From: Psammoneis japonica
Lineage: Eukaryota
Direction of reading: 5' to 3'
Assembly: GCA_008632985.1 (NCBI GenBank)
Contig: QPGO01000097.1
Location: forward strand, 186,001-250,000
Length of the DNA: 64,000 nt
Position numbers and translations under genes: made by a program
Notes under the pieces: model-generated
Databases searched by the model: none
What the model was told of the DNA's origin: nothing
What the model saw: the letters and a program-made list of their open reading frames with translations, nothing else
Shown here: positions 36,045 through 50,040 of the stretch, in pieces
Layout: the number at the start of each line of letters is the position of its first letter
How positions within the stretch are numbered: position 1 is the first letter of the stretch

Positions 36045-36285
36045 GCCATGCGATCGAGATCCCATCGTGAGGAGTCTATGCGTCGACCGCACCGCGCGAT
36101 GGAGAGGTCGAGTTCGGAGTGTGCTTTGCACTTTGCACCGTCGCACGCTTTCCAGTTTCCAGCCAGCTTCAACAAATCTTCTGAAGGGTGTTACCGATGT
36201 TGATTGACAAGTGAATGTTGCGTGTAGAGCTTGGACTGTGAGCGAATATTCAACTGCCTTCTGCCTCTTTCTTACACGAAAAGAA

Positions 36286-37891
36286 ATGGCGTCAAATACG
36301 ACCAACTATGGAGCGGTTCCCTCTGAAGATCCTTACGCCAAGGTTGACGTGATGGAAGAGTCTGATTCCCCGCCTGTCTTTCGCGACGTGCCCTTCTCAA
36401 TCGCCTTTTTCATACATCTCGGCGTTATGATTGGCGTTGGTGTCAGGTATGGCTCATTCGGAATGAGTAACTTGGAGAGCGCTGGTCATGGTGAAACAAC
36501 TACCGATGACTTTGAAATTGACGAAGAACTAGTTGGTCTTTACGCGTCTCGTGTTGTTCTCCAAATGGTTCTCCCCTGTGCAGTGATTGCGTTTGTGCTG
36601 GGCTTGATTTCCACTGCTTTTATCATTCCAGCTTGCCCCAAGCAAATGGTATCCGTGAGCCTCTTTGGCTCAGTTGCGTGGACAATTTTGATTGCAATAT
36701 CAATCTTTGCCTCCGCTTCTTCAATCTTTGCTTACATGGGCGCCATATTCTTAGTTGGAATTACAATATACTACGTTGTCATCGTATGGAAGCTGATTCC
36801 GTTTGCAGCAGCAAATCTAGGGTTTGCGCTAAAAGGGCTAACCGCCAACTGGGGGATGTATTTGGTTGCTCTCTTCTTTTCAGCCATTGGCTTCATTTGG
36901 ACTGGATTCTGGCTTTATGCTACCATCGGTTTGATGAATTCAGACGGCGAAAAACCCAAGGACGACGACAACTATTCAGACAGTGAAGACGAAGGCACAC
37001 GAGGGTTTGTCTTGTTTTTACTTCTTGTGTCTCTTTACTGGACAAGTACCGTCATAATGAATACTGTACAGGTTACAGTGGCAGGAGTTATTGGGACGTA
37101 CTGTTTTGACAAAGAGGAGGCAAGGAGCTGCTGCTCACCCGCGGTGATCAGCTCACTCTATCGGAGTGTAACATACGCCTTTGGTTCAATTTGTTTCGGC
37201 TCTCTTTTACAAGCACTTGTCACCGCTCTTCGCGTGATGGTTGAAAATGCACGAGATCAATCCCGACGAGAGGACGATGGAGGATTAGGAGCCATGTTGC
37301 TTTGTGTCTTGGAGTGTATCGTACGCCTGCTTGAGGACATAATTGATTACTTCAATCAATGGGCTTATGTTTTCGTCGGAATCTATGGATACAGTTATCT
37401 TGAGAGTGGACGCAGAGTAGTTGAACTTTTTCGAGCGCGCGGATGGACAACAATTGTCACGAACAACTTAGTTGCGTGGGTACTCAACTTTACTGCATTT
37501 ACAGTGGCAATATTTACTGGACTCATAGCTATGGCCATTGAGAAAGATGAAGCCGATGGGACCTCTTTTTTCTTTGGGTCGTTGCCAGGACCTAAATACT
37601 GGGCTTTTGGGTAAGTTGTTCTCATCACACGACGTTGTTTTACATCTTCGGTTTGCTAAATGATCCGTTATTCCTGTCAGCATCGGCTTCATTGTGGGGA
37701 TCATTGTCAGTTCAGTTATGATGAGTGTTGCAAGGGGTGCGGTGAATACCCTGGTGGTGTGCTTTGCAGATGCTCCTGCCAAGTTGGAAGAAAACCATGG
37801 CGCAGAAACTCAAAAAATGGCCGAAGCGTGGATATCTGTTTATCCGGAATGTGGCGTCCGTGTCCGTCCTGCTTATGATGTTGTTGTGTAA
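36286..37891 (+). CDS. Choline transporter-like (CTL/SLC44/PNS1) membrane protein; exons 36286-37610, 37681-37891
   Basis: FRDVPF, YWTSTVIMNTVQVTVAG, AFGSICFGSL, YFNQWAYVFVGIYG; many TM segments; 70-nt GT-AG intron. Confidence 0.9.
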
Positions 37892-38220
37892 ACCTTGTAG
37901 TTGCTGTAGTCCATACAGCAGAAGTTAATTACCTTAAAAAGTGTTTCACATGTTAGATTTACTTAGCCAGAGCACGCACATTCCTACTACGGGCATGTGG
38001 CATCCAGGTCAAACAGCTTGAGATACCGTACCAAACATTGACAATGAATCCATTCATGACCTTATCGACTCTCTCTCTAATTATTCTACCTGTATGAGTA
38101 GTAGCTGTAGCCTCTACAGAGACAACAAGCAGCCGAGGAGCGAGGAGTGAGATGATTCCTCTATTCATATGTACTTGAAACTTGAAACTAAAGGAGCGGT
38201 GGAAGCAAATCCAAATCCTA

Positions 38221-38440
38221 CTCATCTACTCCTACTCTAGAGAGGGCCTCTCTAGCTACCTTCTGTAGAGCCCTACTCTACTCTACCGTACCGGTAGAGC
38301 TAGAGGCCCTCTCTTAGAGAGCAGCTCTCTACTAGAGCCCTCTCTAGAGAGTAGCTAGCTAGTAGCTCTAGAGAGAGTTAGTAGCTCTCTCACTCTACTA
38401 CTGCTCTCTACTAGCTACTTGTACTAGTCAGAGTAGAGGG
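38221..38440. repeat. CTAG/CTAC/AGAG-rich low-complexity tract
   Basis: Reiterated CTCTAGAG, TAGCTAG and CTACT words. Confidence 0.8.
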
Positions 38441-38876
38441 AGAGATCTTCGTTTGCCCCGCGGTAGGTCCGCGCGGGTAGGTGCCGCGTTGCGGCGGGCT
38501 ACCTAGAGGGACATACGGTAGGGCCCCTACGGTATGTAGCGGGGGGGGGGCGCTGGCGCGCGGGCGGATGGATGCCCCGCCGTCTGCATGTCGTCGCAAG
38601 ATTGCATTCCAATCGCATCCACAGGTAGGAAAGCAACAATCTCGATGGCCGATGGCCTTCACAACATCATCTTCAATCTTGAACTAATCGTTGATGCGAT
38701 TGGTGTGCCTATCTTGTTGCCAATAGTTTTAGTGCTGTTCCCTTCAGTGTGAATCGAGTGAAGGAGCTTTACTTCGAAAATACTTTAGCCAGAGCTCAAC
38801 CTTCCTGTGAACCCTGCCAAACGTCGTGATTTCCACCTACTTTTTGTCGATTGGTGTTGTTTGTCGTCGCACTACC

Positions 38877-40246
38877 ATGAAGCTCGTTATTGCTGAATTC
38901 TGGGCAGCGCTGGCCGTTACATTAGTACCATCATTGACGCAGGCGAGCATATACTCGCCCACACAGTTTAGACAGTCGAAATTGGTGAAGCAATCAAGGC
39001 ATCGTCGTTTCAATCAAGATTCAAATGCCAAAGAGACTAGCTCAAAATTTGATTTGATTCTGTCTATTCGGGCAGGTTCTACCGGGGATAGTGATGCCAT
39101 ATCAGACGAGCCAGATGACACTTCTGACGAGGAACAAGAGCAAGATGAAGACTACTATGACGAATACGATGAAGCGGATTCGGAGAATCTTGAAGCCGAG
39201 GAAGAGCAATCAGCTGCAAATGTTGATGTTGAAATTATTTATGACGAACCTTTGCAGCCAACGATGACTCTTCAACTTGGAGCTTCTATTGGTGTGATGA
39301 TGTTGTGCCGTCGCTTTGATTTGTATCAACCTAAAGTCGTCCGATTCGCACGGTGAGTTCACCCTGTTGAAAGCATGATAAAACTGGGTCAATTGTATTT
39401 AACAAACGGATTTTTTCACATTACGAATTGCTTTTGCACTTATTTCAGGCTTCTTTTCGTTGCGTACATGGTTGTGATGCAAGCGTTTATGGTACGTGAG
39501 TTATCTGTTGTTGCTGGCGTGACGGGACAAGAAGATTGCCACGCTTAACGCAGCTAACCGATGGGCCCTCAGAATGTTCGAACTGTGATTCAGAATTTTC
39601 TTTGGAGCAATCAAAATAATTGGTTTCGCACCGTGTTGTTTGTCCTGCTTCCTTCTCGTTGGCCTCATCATGTCGTTGCTGCTTTCTTTTCCCCAAGGCG
39701 TATGTTCGGATCAAAGCCCATCTTGCAAATGACCGAACCCCCATTACTCTTTCCAATCCTTTCACTTCATTAGTAAAGTCCCAACTCGACCAAAAGGGAG
39801 GCGGAGGTGGCGGAAGTGACGTTGTAAAAGAGATGGCCTCACAATTCCTCTTGTCCCAATCAACGGTAATGGAGTACGATCTCAAGCAGGTCAAATCTTT
39901 AAACGGTTCATTGCTGTTCAATCTACTTTTCATGTGGCTCCTTCACTTTAAGATGAACCAGATCCAGCCGTTGTTCCTCCAAACAGCGTCAGGACTGACA
40001 AATTTGTTCTTCAACCCGCTTTTCCAAGTGTATGTACTGGGGCGAAATCTGGAACGACCCTTTAAAAGCCCAAATTTTGGTGCATTGCAAGCAAAAATGG
40101 AAGCGGAGAGAAAGGCCATGGGTGATCCAGTCAGTGAGAAAGAACAGGAGGTGAAGAAAGAAGAAGAAGATTCGGATGCAGGAGAAGACGAAGAAACATA
40201 TGCTGATGAAGAGGACGACATCGAAAGCAGCGACGAAGAGGAGTAG
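38877..40246 (+). CDS. Pho88/SND3-family ER membrane protein; exons 38877-39352, 39449-39491, 39698-40246
   Basis: TVMEYDLKQV, LHFKMNQIQPLFLQ, NPLFQVYVLG..LERPF; signal-peptide-like N-terminus; in-frame GT-AG splicing. Confidence 0.8.
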
Positions 40247-40425
40247 ACAACAGAAACGGGATCGCAATCAGTAGGTCATGGGGTTCGATCCATGCCTAGC
40301 CTAAGTTAAACCACGAGCTATCTGAATTTAAAACGACAGGCACTTTGTTCGACGTTTTGTGTCTCCCTAGCAAAGCACTCTTCTATACGAATGGAATTGA
40401 TGGCGCAACCGCGCTAGTAGCAGCG

Positions 40426-41529
40426 TTAGATGACACTGGCTTCGTTTCGAAGGACATTTAGGATTTGATCGTGAACCAAACCGTTGGTGGCGATCATCTT
40501 TCTCGTTCGAAGGTTGTAGTCAGTTCCTTCAAGATCAGTGAATCGACCACCTGCCTCGGTAACAAGAAGAGCACCGGCCGCTGCGGTGTCAGGTATGGCG
40601 TGTCGTTAAAGCGGCAAACCGTGAGGGCACAAGGAATGAAAGGGGAACAGAAGCCGAGCTCTGGCAATACTACATCAGCAACAGGACTGACCTATATCCC
40701 AACTTGAAAGATCGTATTCCCAATAGCAGGTTAACCGTCCATTGGCTACCCAAGCCAACATGAGAGCAGCGCTACCGAGCATACGAATAGTTCTCACCTT
40801 GGGCATCAAGGCTTGAACACCGCGTAAACTCATTTGCATACTTTCTTCGGCTGGGGGCGAGCCCATCGCAACGATCGCATCACCGATATCACTCTGTGAA
40901 CCAACAGAAATAGGATCCCCGTTCATATGTGCCCCATGCCCGCGAATCGCACTGAAAAGCTCATCTCGATGTGGGTCGTAAATGACGCCCACCACAGCTT
41001 GTCCCTTGTACGCCACTGCAACAGAAGGCATGCACAGCGGCATACCATGTACAAAATTGCTCGTTCCGTCGATTGGGTCGACAATCCATAGCCAGTCCGA
41101 GCTTTCAGAGGAAAGCTTTGCATCCAGCGCAGCTGCACTGGCCTCTTTACCTGGAGGCACATCTTCCTCGCCCAAAAAGTCGTGATCTGGAAACGTCGCC
41201 AAGACAGTTTCACGAATGGTCTTCTCGCAGAGGGGGTCGATGAGCGTAAGCAAGTCTCGACTGTTGGCCTTTCTTTCGGTCACTTCAGCACCACCAGCAT
41301 TTCCAATTATTATATCTCCCGCCTTTTTGGAGGCATCTACTGCAACGTCAAGAATAGATTCAAGTGTGGAGGTTGCTGGAGGCGCTTGTGACATGGCAAA
41401 CTTAGAAGTCTGTCGAAACTGATGGGGACTGACCTCTCGATGAAAAATTGTTGATGTGAAAGAGTCACTGAGTCTTGGCAGCCTGAAGGACAGCAACGTG
41501 ATGAACAGCTTGCAAGCGTCAGGTGCCAT
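40426..41529 (-). CDS. Inositol monophosphatase family protein, probably plastid-targeted; exons 41529-40692, 40580-40426
   Basis: [42 protein letters not shown]-terminal signal-like stretch ending SDS-F. Confidence 0.92.
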
Positions 41530-41908
41530 GGTGCCTGGTGCCTGGTGCCCCGCGACGATCACTCTATCATACACCGTGTATGTAAGATCGTTTGTCAGAG
41601 AAAAGTTCATCGCGCGTTGTCATCGCGCAAATGACGTCATGAGAATGGGACGGATGGAAGACAGACGTTCGATTCAAAAATGCCGTTGGCCAAAATTCAA
41701 ATCGCGCCGCGCCTCTGTACTGAATACTAACGTAGTTTCTACGTACAGTCAAAACGGCATGTTTTTGACGAAAAAAATCTCACACTCCACGAGCGCATGC
41801 AGCAACATCGGCTGTTGTGGGTTGTGGTTATCAACACTGTTGCTACTTTATCAACGCAACTCCTTCAACGATTACAGAAACACCTTATCTTTATCCAGAG
41901 CTTTCATC

Positions 41909-44100
41909 ATGTCGCGGCGTACGACTTTGGGCCCCGTGAATCCCAACCGCGGTTCCTTGCTCACAGACGGAGGAACCCCCCCAGGCGATCCCAGAAAGAA
42001 AAATCCGGCTCGAAGGGGGAGAGCTTCAATGCTTCCACGTATGACTGGGACACGCGAACCTCTCATTTCATACAGTCCAGCACCGACTGGTAGAGGAGCG
42101 AACCGTCGCAAGAGCGTTGCCGGAGATCCCCGAAGAAAAAGCGTGGAGCCACTGATTGCTTCCAGCCCTGCACCAAACAGAGGCACGAATAGGCAAAGCA
42201 CTGTTGCTGGTGATTCACGTAGGAAAAGCTCGGGAGGTGACCGTCGTCAATCCTTCCTCCCACCTCAGGCCCCACCTGCAAAAACGGATCCTCGTCCAAT
42301 TTCAGACAAAGCGTTCCAGAATTCATGCATCAAGCGTATGCTGGATTACCTTCGATCCAGCGACTATGCTCACCCCGTTTCGTCAAAGACCCTCACGCGG
42401 CCATCTGGCAAAGATTTTCAAAACATTGTCACGTTCATGTTTAGAAGGATCGACCCGACTTTTTGTCAGGGCTCGACGGTGAAGTTTGAGGACGAAGTTG
42501 CTACCAACTTTAAAGCGTTGGGATATCCCTTCCCCATATCAAAAACTGGGCTTGTGGCAGCGGGTTCTCCCCACACCTGGCCCGCCCTCCTTGCCGCTCT
42601 CACGTGGCTCATGGAATTAATCCAGTCGACGGAAGGAGACACTTTTGGTCGCGACCAACCACTTGTATCAGATGCCGACAAGGAAATCTCGGAGCCCTGC
42701 GAAGACCTTGATCTGAAAGCTCACACCGCTTTCTTTCGCTACTTGAATGGTGCATACCGCTCTTTCTTGAGCAACGAAGCGCAGGAGTCTGCTAGGCTAG
42801 AGGAGGAGTTGGTTACCGTCTTCGACGAGGACTATAGGAAGTACGAGGCTAAGATTGAAATGATAAAGCGTACCAACAATGAAATCGTTGCGGAAATCGA
42901 TCAGTTGAAACAACTATCGACAGAGTAAGTTTCTAGCGTGTGGCAATATGATTTTTGATCAAATAAGTGCAGCTCATGAGCTTTTGATCGCTCCATTCGT
43001 TTGCAAATACCGGTAGAGTTCAGTCCTTGGAAGAGAAACGGATTCAGTACATGGCTGAAGTCGAACAATTCGACAAATTCGCACGGGACATGACAAACCA
43101 AAAGGAAGAACACGAGCAGCGAGTGAAGCAGCAAGAAGAGGAGTTGGGGATCGTTGAGCGGCAATTGAATGTCATCACAGCTCATGTCAACGAGCTTCAC
43201 GAGAAGATCGAAACCCAAGAGCTCTCTGTCGAAGACGTCAAGAAGATGAACGGGGAACAAATGCGTATCATTGAAGCCAAGGACCGCGTTCACGCTTCCA
43301 AAAAAGAAATCACGAAAGAGACGTTAGAGCGCGACATGGAGCTTGGGAAACTTATTGAAGATCTCGCGTCTACCGTCTCCATTTATAACGACACCATAGA
43401 AAAGCTTCCTTCGTTCTCGAGCGCCGTCTACAGGATAAGCTTGTCGAAGAGGCATGCCCAGGAGAAAGAACAGAAAAAGTTGTTGGGTGTCAATGTCCCT
43501 TCAGATGCTTTACCTGCTCTTGAAGCCTGCAAGGCAAAGTATCTCTGCAAGGTCAAAGAGGCGAAGACCGAGCACCAAGAACTCCTTGACGAGCTAGAGA
43601 AAGCTAAGGCAACATTGTCGGACGCGAAGAACAAGTTATCAGTAAGTACTGCTTTACTTTTGCCTCCTTGTCTATCATTTGTAACATATCTTATTGACAC
43701 TTTTCGTTTGCAGATTACTAGAGAGACGAAGGAAAAATCTGAGGAGCAGTTGAAACGTCTTCGGAAAGAACAAGATGGAGCTTTGAACGTACGCTTAGGG
43801 GAAGTCAAGAAGCTAGAGGAAAAGATTGTCACCGCTCGGGATCCAGTAGCAATCGAAGAAAAATACGCTCGATGCCAAAGAGAATGCAGCGAGTTGGAGG
43901 CGCTGCACCTAAGGTACAAAGAGGACACAATTTCTAGAAAGAAAGCCTATCAGGACGAGATCGAAAATGTGTTGCTTTCAGTACGGGAGCACGTGGAATA
44001 CCGAGAGAAGAGAACGGCGGAGTTGCAGCAGTACACATTGCAATCAAAGGCCGCCAATGGATCTGTAAAGTCTCTGGTAGCCGCTTCTCTCGAAGAGTAG
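41909..44100 (+). CDS. NDC80: Kinetochore protein NDC80/HEC1; exons 41909-42924, 43017-43641, 43714-44100
   Basis: DPRPISDK, PSGKDF, KFEDEV...LGYPFPISK...GSPHTWPALLAALTWL (CH domain), basic N-terminal tail and long coiled coil. Confidence 0.93.
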
Positions 44101-47100
44101 ACAATATTCGCTCGCGGCAATCAGTTTGCACGAACGAGATCAACCGTCAGCTCGCTATTCGAGCTGCGGTAAGGGGCGTCTCCTCGTTCAACAACATTCA
44201 TTTTATCTTCGATCGAGCAATTACACAGGGATATCTTTGTTTTATGTAATAGTCAATTATGCTTTGATCTTGCGCTTGTAATAAATATGATTCTTTTAAT
44301 TTTGCCCAAAAAAAATTTGCGTCGTTCAATGTGGAGCTATTGCCGTTTGGTACGTACCTGGTGCTAGTTTTGAATCGTCACCTGGAAAGGGCACTGTATA
44401 TATGTACAAAATACACAGTTGATCATTGTCACATGCTCAGCTCTGTTGCATCTTGCAAGCAATGATGTGGAAACATGTTGTGTGTCTCTTTGCTCTTTGC
44501 TTAGAACGGCATTGTCTTTCTTGCAACTGAGCTGTTGTTTTGGCATTTGTTGCAAAATGACATTTTGTTTGTTGCAATAAATGTGCTCAATCATGGACCG
44601 GGCTCTTTCTCACTGTCGCGCAGATTTTGCCTCAGCCCATGTGACACCTTGGCATTGTTTGTCAGCATCTGCATGAGGCGTTTTTGGATTGCAGCTCTGA
44701 GGCTCAGGGCGAGCGCAATGTGGGGTCTCACATTCAGCGGAGCGACAAGGTTTTTTGTGTTCATTTTTGAGATTTCTGCACTGTTGAAGTGGCTTCTTGC
44801 TGCTTGGAGTGACACCACATTTCTGAACCAAGACAATGTGAGTGTCTTGCTTTTGTTCAGCTTGGAGACTCGCCCAAATGGTCTCACTTCATGCAGGACT
44901 CAGCAAAAAGAATGCAGCTCTGCCCTGCCATTTGTCAAAAGATGCGCGACAATCAAACTGCGCTGAGCACTTGTGCCTGTCAATGTGAGCTCAGCTGATG
45001 TTGGTGCACACGGAAACAACATCACAGCAACAACAAAACTTGAGAGTGCCTTTTTGACAGCAATGACATGATTTGTGGCACTGCGCACATTGCAACAAAT
45101 GCTGCAGCATCGACCGTCATGAACCAGGCCTGCAGGGAGCATTGACCACTTGTCCTTCTTTGTGGGTGTGGGTGTGTGCCGTTGCATGCTGCAGCATTGC
45201 CTGCGCATGCGCAGGGCCCTGCCGCCGTGGCCGGCAGATTGTGGCAGCAGAGTGGCATGGCCACTGCACCGGTGACATGGATGTCCGTTGCATTTGATGT
45301 CTCACACCATTTTTGGGGCTGCAGCAAGGTGCACGGACGGCACTCTTTTTTCCCAATTTATTGCCATGGCAGCGCGTCACACAAACTCACTTGTTGTTCG
45401 ATGTGTTTTCCCCAATGTGGCTGTTTTGTGCAGAATTCACAATTGATTGTCTTTGTCAACAACTGAAAGCAATTTTAAACATGCCACGCCAGCAATCCCA
45501 ATTTTGCAGCACTTTCAAGCTCTCCCAAAAAACCGTTCCATGCACCCGTCGCAGCCAGGGCATCATTTGTTGATTTTTAGGATGCCCCCATGACCTCCAA
45601 TGTCCTCAATGATCATTCGAAGAATCGAGCAATTCATTTGCACCAAACACCCCATGCCATTTCAAAATCCAAGGGACACACTTTCAAATTCGGGCGGACT
45701 GCCCGACTGCCCAACTGCCGGACCGGCACGAAAAAGTCTGCAATCACCAACCACTGAGTGGTCAATGACAAATTCCTGACTTGCCAATTGGAGCACTGAG
45801 CGAGCTGCACAAATGCATGTGCGTGGAATTCTGCAAGACTGAACCTCACTTGAGGCACACTGCCTGCCGACATGCCTGGCATGGACGCGACCCTGTCGTC
45901 CATCTGGCATCTCCTCGCGCGCGGAACGGTCGACGCACAGACTCACGATGGGCGAGTGCTTCTGACACGCGCGTTTTTTCTGCGCGCAGCAAGAGTGTCT
46001 TTTGCTTGTGGTGTTCAGCTCAGCATCGTTCCATCCATCCGCCTTGCGTCAGTGGCTCCCACAACTTCAGTGGAACGCATTCGTTCGAGCCAAACAGTGC
46101 CCTTGCGAAACTCAACGCGTCTACAATCTCTTCGTTCAAGCTCTGAAGCAGAGCACACTGCTGCAGTTGGGCAAAGGAACGATCACGACCAATGCGCGTT
46201 ACACAGTCATCTCCCATGCTCTTCCATTTTAGAAGGGTTTGACGTGCTGGTCCAGAGAATGGCTGAAACACTTGGCACCAATCATGAGCGATTCCTTTTA
46301 AAAGACTTCTCCAATTCTCTTCTGCACTTCCTTGTGCGCAGGCCCTGTCATGCAGGCGACAACTAGAAGCCCCAAACAACAACGTAACCCTTGGGCTTGC
46401 ATCAAAGCTCACACACCCTGCAAAACGTGCCGAGAAAATCACGAACTAGATTCGTGCGACCGAAACGATGGCAGAAAGCATCCTCATCACACTCATCGGT
46501 GATCAGAGGTGGGTCGCACCCCAAAAGGTCATCCAAAACTCGGGCTTGTCATCTAGACGCCGCAACAGTGGTGGACTTTTCTCTTCCACTGTGTGTCCAT
46601 GGTGTGCACAATTCTCCGCCAAAATAAAACACTTTCGCGCCATCCTTGTTGAAGGACAATGATCTAGGGTTGCACACGTCCGCCCACTGAAGATCGGCCA
46701 CGCTGCCATTGGACGAAGTCCCCGAGGCAAAAAGACACAGCTGCCACTGCTGGAGCTACAACCAAAGACCCACGTGCAGCAGACTACGTTCCTGGAATGT
46801 GCAGCCGGATTGTCTGGAGCATCATGCACCCGGTTGTTTCTGGCAATGTGTCGGTCTTTCTCATTTTACGCGTGATTTCAACTGTCTCGTCAAAATCATC
46901 ATTCAAACGAAACACCACCTTCAAAGGGAGAGGTTGCGCAAAAGCATCCATTCTGGACGCAATGGTGCCAAGCAATCATTAGACGGCGTGTCTTTACAAT
47001 GGCTTTCCTTGTGCTTGATCCAACAATGCCAATTTTTGTTTTGTCTTGAAAGTGGGCGACCCGGGAGCGTGCAAGAGATTCACAGCCGGTGGCCAACAGT

Positions 47101-50040
47101 CTTCACGATCTTCTTTTCCTGGAGAAGCCACATTTCTTCTTCAGTTCTAGTGTTGACACCAATGAGGTGGATGGGAGAGGAGACAGGTCGTGAGTGAAGT
47201 GGGCGGACCAGGTCAACGACTGCAATGGCAACGGTTCAGGATTCAACGTGATTTTGCATCGGAGCTTTCATGTGTCGCCGTACCTGAGCTTCTGGGTTTT
47301 CAACACATTGCCCATTTGATTTTCCTGGAAAATCAGCATCAGCTCGCTTAGCTCAAGCACCTTGCTGCAGACCACCATTGGGAAAACTCGTGTCGTGGTG
47401 CTGCAGATCTCAAGATGAGGGTTTCACATCGAATGCCAACATTGGGACGGGGAAGATTTCATCAGGAAAATCGTCTTGCATTTCTTTACAGACGAGATGC
47501 AATCCCGCTTCTTCAGCAAGCTTCAGCAAACAAGGTGCCGATCTTGTGACAGAGGCATCATCCACATCAATGACAAAAGCTTCATCCGCACATGTGTTTT
47601 CCTTTGTGCAAATCACTCCGTTTGTGGACGCAGACTCGTTCCACATTTTCTTAGGAATGCTGCACAATCAACATCTGTCAGGTGGCATGACACCCACTGA
47701 ATCCAAATCACCACGCATCTGTTGGCGGCTGGTTCCCATTCTTGCAGTCCAGTGCAGAAAAACCAACACTTGGCAGCATTGTCTCCCAAGCAATTTGGAG
47801 CCTCTGCCAACAACCGCGATGAGGACTCTGCCATGACTGGGTCACACTGAGTTACTCCCAATGGCAAGAGCAAGCCTTTGCTGACATGCCCGATTCCTGT
47901 CCCGCATTCACAAGCTGCTCCAGTGGCCCAATCTGATTTAATCCATTTAAAAATTGTCGCGACCCTTTTGTGTCTTGATCTGAAATCAATGCGAATCCAC
48001 CCAGCACACCGTCCAAAGTGGAAGGACAGTTCTCTTCACAGCAATCAGCTGCTTTCTCATGCCATTCACGTGTCGATTGACCTCCATTCTCAGTCCTTCC
48101 TTGAGCTTGCCACATTTCCTGCAAAGTCTTGCACTTGCGACCATCGGAATTGGATCTGCAAGCAGCACTCTGGTCCTCATCATTGGGGGTTTCTACAGCT
48201 TTTCGCAATGCCTCCAAAAGATCCGAGCTCTGATCCTTGTTCACCATTGCTGCAGTTTGAACTTGCCTTGTGTTGATTTCAGATGTCATTTGTTGCACAC
48301 AGTGGATCTCAGAACAAACAAAGGTGAAGATAGATGCAGATGAGAGGTGTGAGATTTTTTTTGGCTGATCGTCAGCTGATGGTTGGTGATGGATTACAAG
48401 CAAAAAACCGGTCTGTCCTCTTCCAACTGGTCTGTCCTCTTGCCAGAGCAAACTGTGTGGGGCCACTCTAAGAGTGGCTTCCCGTTGTTTCACATGCAAA
48501 CCCCATCCACTGGCATCAGTCAGAAGGTCAACAGAGATCTTTGTGAAAAAAGGCCCTTCTTGCAACAGCAGCAATGGTGTTCAGAACCGTGAACCTGGCG
48601 AATGCATGCATGGGAGCACGTCAATCGACAATGTCAGAAGATGCAAGAAGCATTGTGCAGTGCAAAACCAATCGATTTTGGAAACAAAATTGACTTTTAC
48701 ACAGATGCCTGAAGGCAGAGGACAGACCAGTTTTTTGCTTGCAGTTGCATTCAGTGGTCGGTGGTCTCCAGGTTGCTCGGTGGTCAGTGATCGGCGGCAT
48801 TTTTTACCTGGTGTGGGCAGCAGGTTTTGATTGACTCGACTTGAGTGAAGCCAGAGTGTCGTCAGCTCACAAAAGCAAACAAGATGTTGAAGTGTGGAGA
48901 ACTGACAACTGCACAAGCCACCTCAGGCAGCTGCACTCAAGGACAAGGAACAACATGAGAGGCAAAGTGCAACATGCAGACAAGGAGCTTGTGCAGCAGA
49001 AACAGAGTGTCCCACCATGGCACCACCAGTGGCTGCAAGATGCACACACCAGAGAAGGAGAAGAGAGTGGCGAGGCAGAAAACAGAGAGGTGCCTCTGCA
49101 TGTTGAAGCAGCAAGCAGCCAGAGCAACAACAAAAAGAAAAAAGGAAAAAAAGAGCAGAAAGAAGAGCAAACTCCAGGCACTTTGTGTCGGCAAACAGCT
49201 TGGGAAGGTGCACCTTCTGAGGTGGCCAGAGTGATCTGCGAAGACTCACTATTTTATCATGATGACACAAGGCAGCGAAGTCAAGAAGCCACACAAAGAG
49301 AAGCAAGTCAACTTGGCACAGCCTTGGCCAGGGTGGTGGCTCAAGAATGCACACAGTTGCCTGCAAGGCACCAAGCAGCACAGGAAAAAGCAACATGATG
49401 GATTTTAAAATGGGGCGAGCTGATGATTTTTCACAAGCACCATCACAGAAGGCAGCTGTGCTCAAGGACTGGGAAGAACAACAATTTGTGAAGCAAAGTG
49501 TGGTGTGCAGACAAGGAGTTTGTGCAGAAGCAGTTTGGCCAAGACTCAAATGAAGGGTGGAACTGTCATTGCATTCAATGTCAGCATGTTCGCCAGAAGA
49601 ACAAAGAGCAGAGGAATCACTGGAGGAGTTGCTTGAAGCTGCAAGCACTTGCAATTTCAATGTTGACAAAAGGACCCCGATTCTTGTTGTCAGCACCAGC
49701 ACTGGTGGGAACGGCATCAGTGCTTTCCTCGGTGGATGTGTCAGCAAAAGCCTTTGCTTGGCATTTCTTGGCAGGTCCATTGCACTTTCTTGTAGATTGG
49801 TGAACTCTTCCTCTTGTTTTTGTGATTCCTCTGCTTCTGGTTGCTTTTGGGACAGCACGCGATTGCAAGGAGCTGCTGTGTGACTGATGCTTGCGCATCA
49901 CTTGTGTTGATGTTGGATGGTGTGCTCCCCATTGCTCTTCACAAAACCCACCAAAAGCAAATGCAAGGCAGCACAATCTTTTCGTAACTGTGAAGAAGAG
50001 ATTCAATTAAAGAAGTGTGAGCAAAGAGACAAAATGAATG

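Noticed and set aside
41456..41908. N-terminal extension of the NDC80 ORF from a GTG start
   Set aside because: Overlaps the divergent promoter and the IMPase start; ATG 41909 (MSRRTTLG) is the typical NDC80 start.
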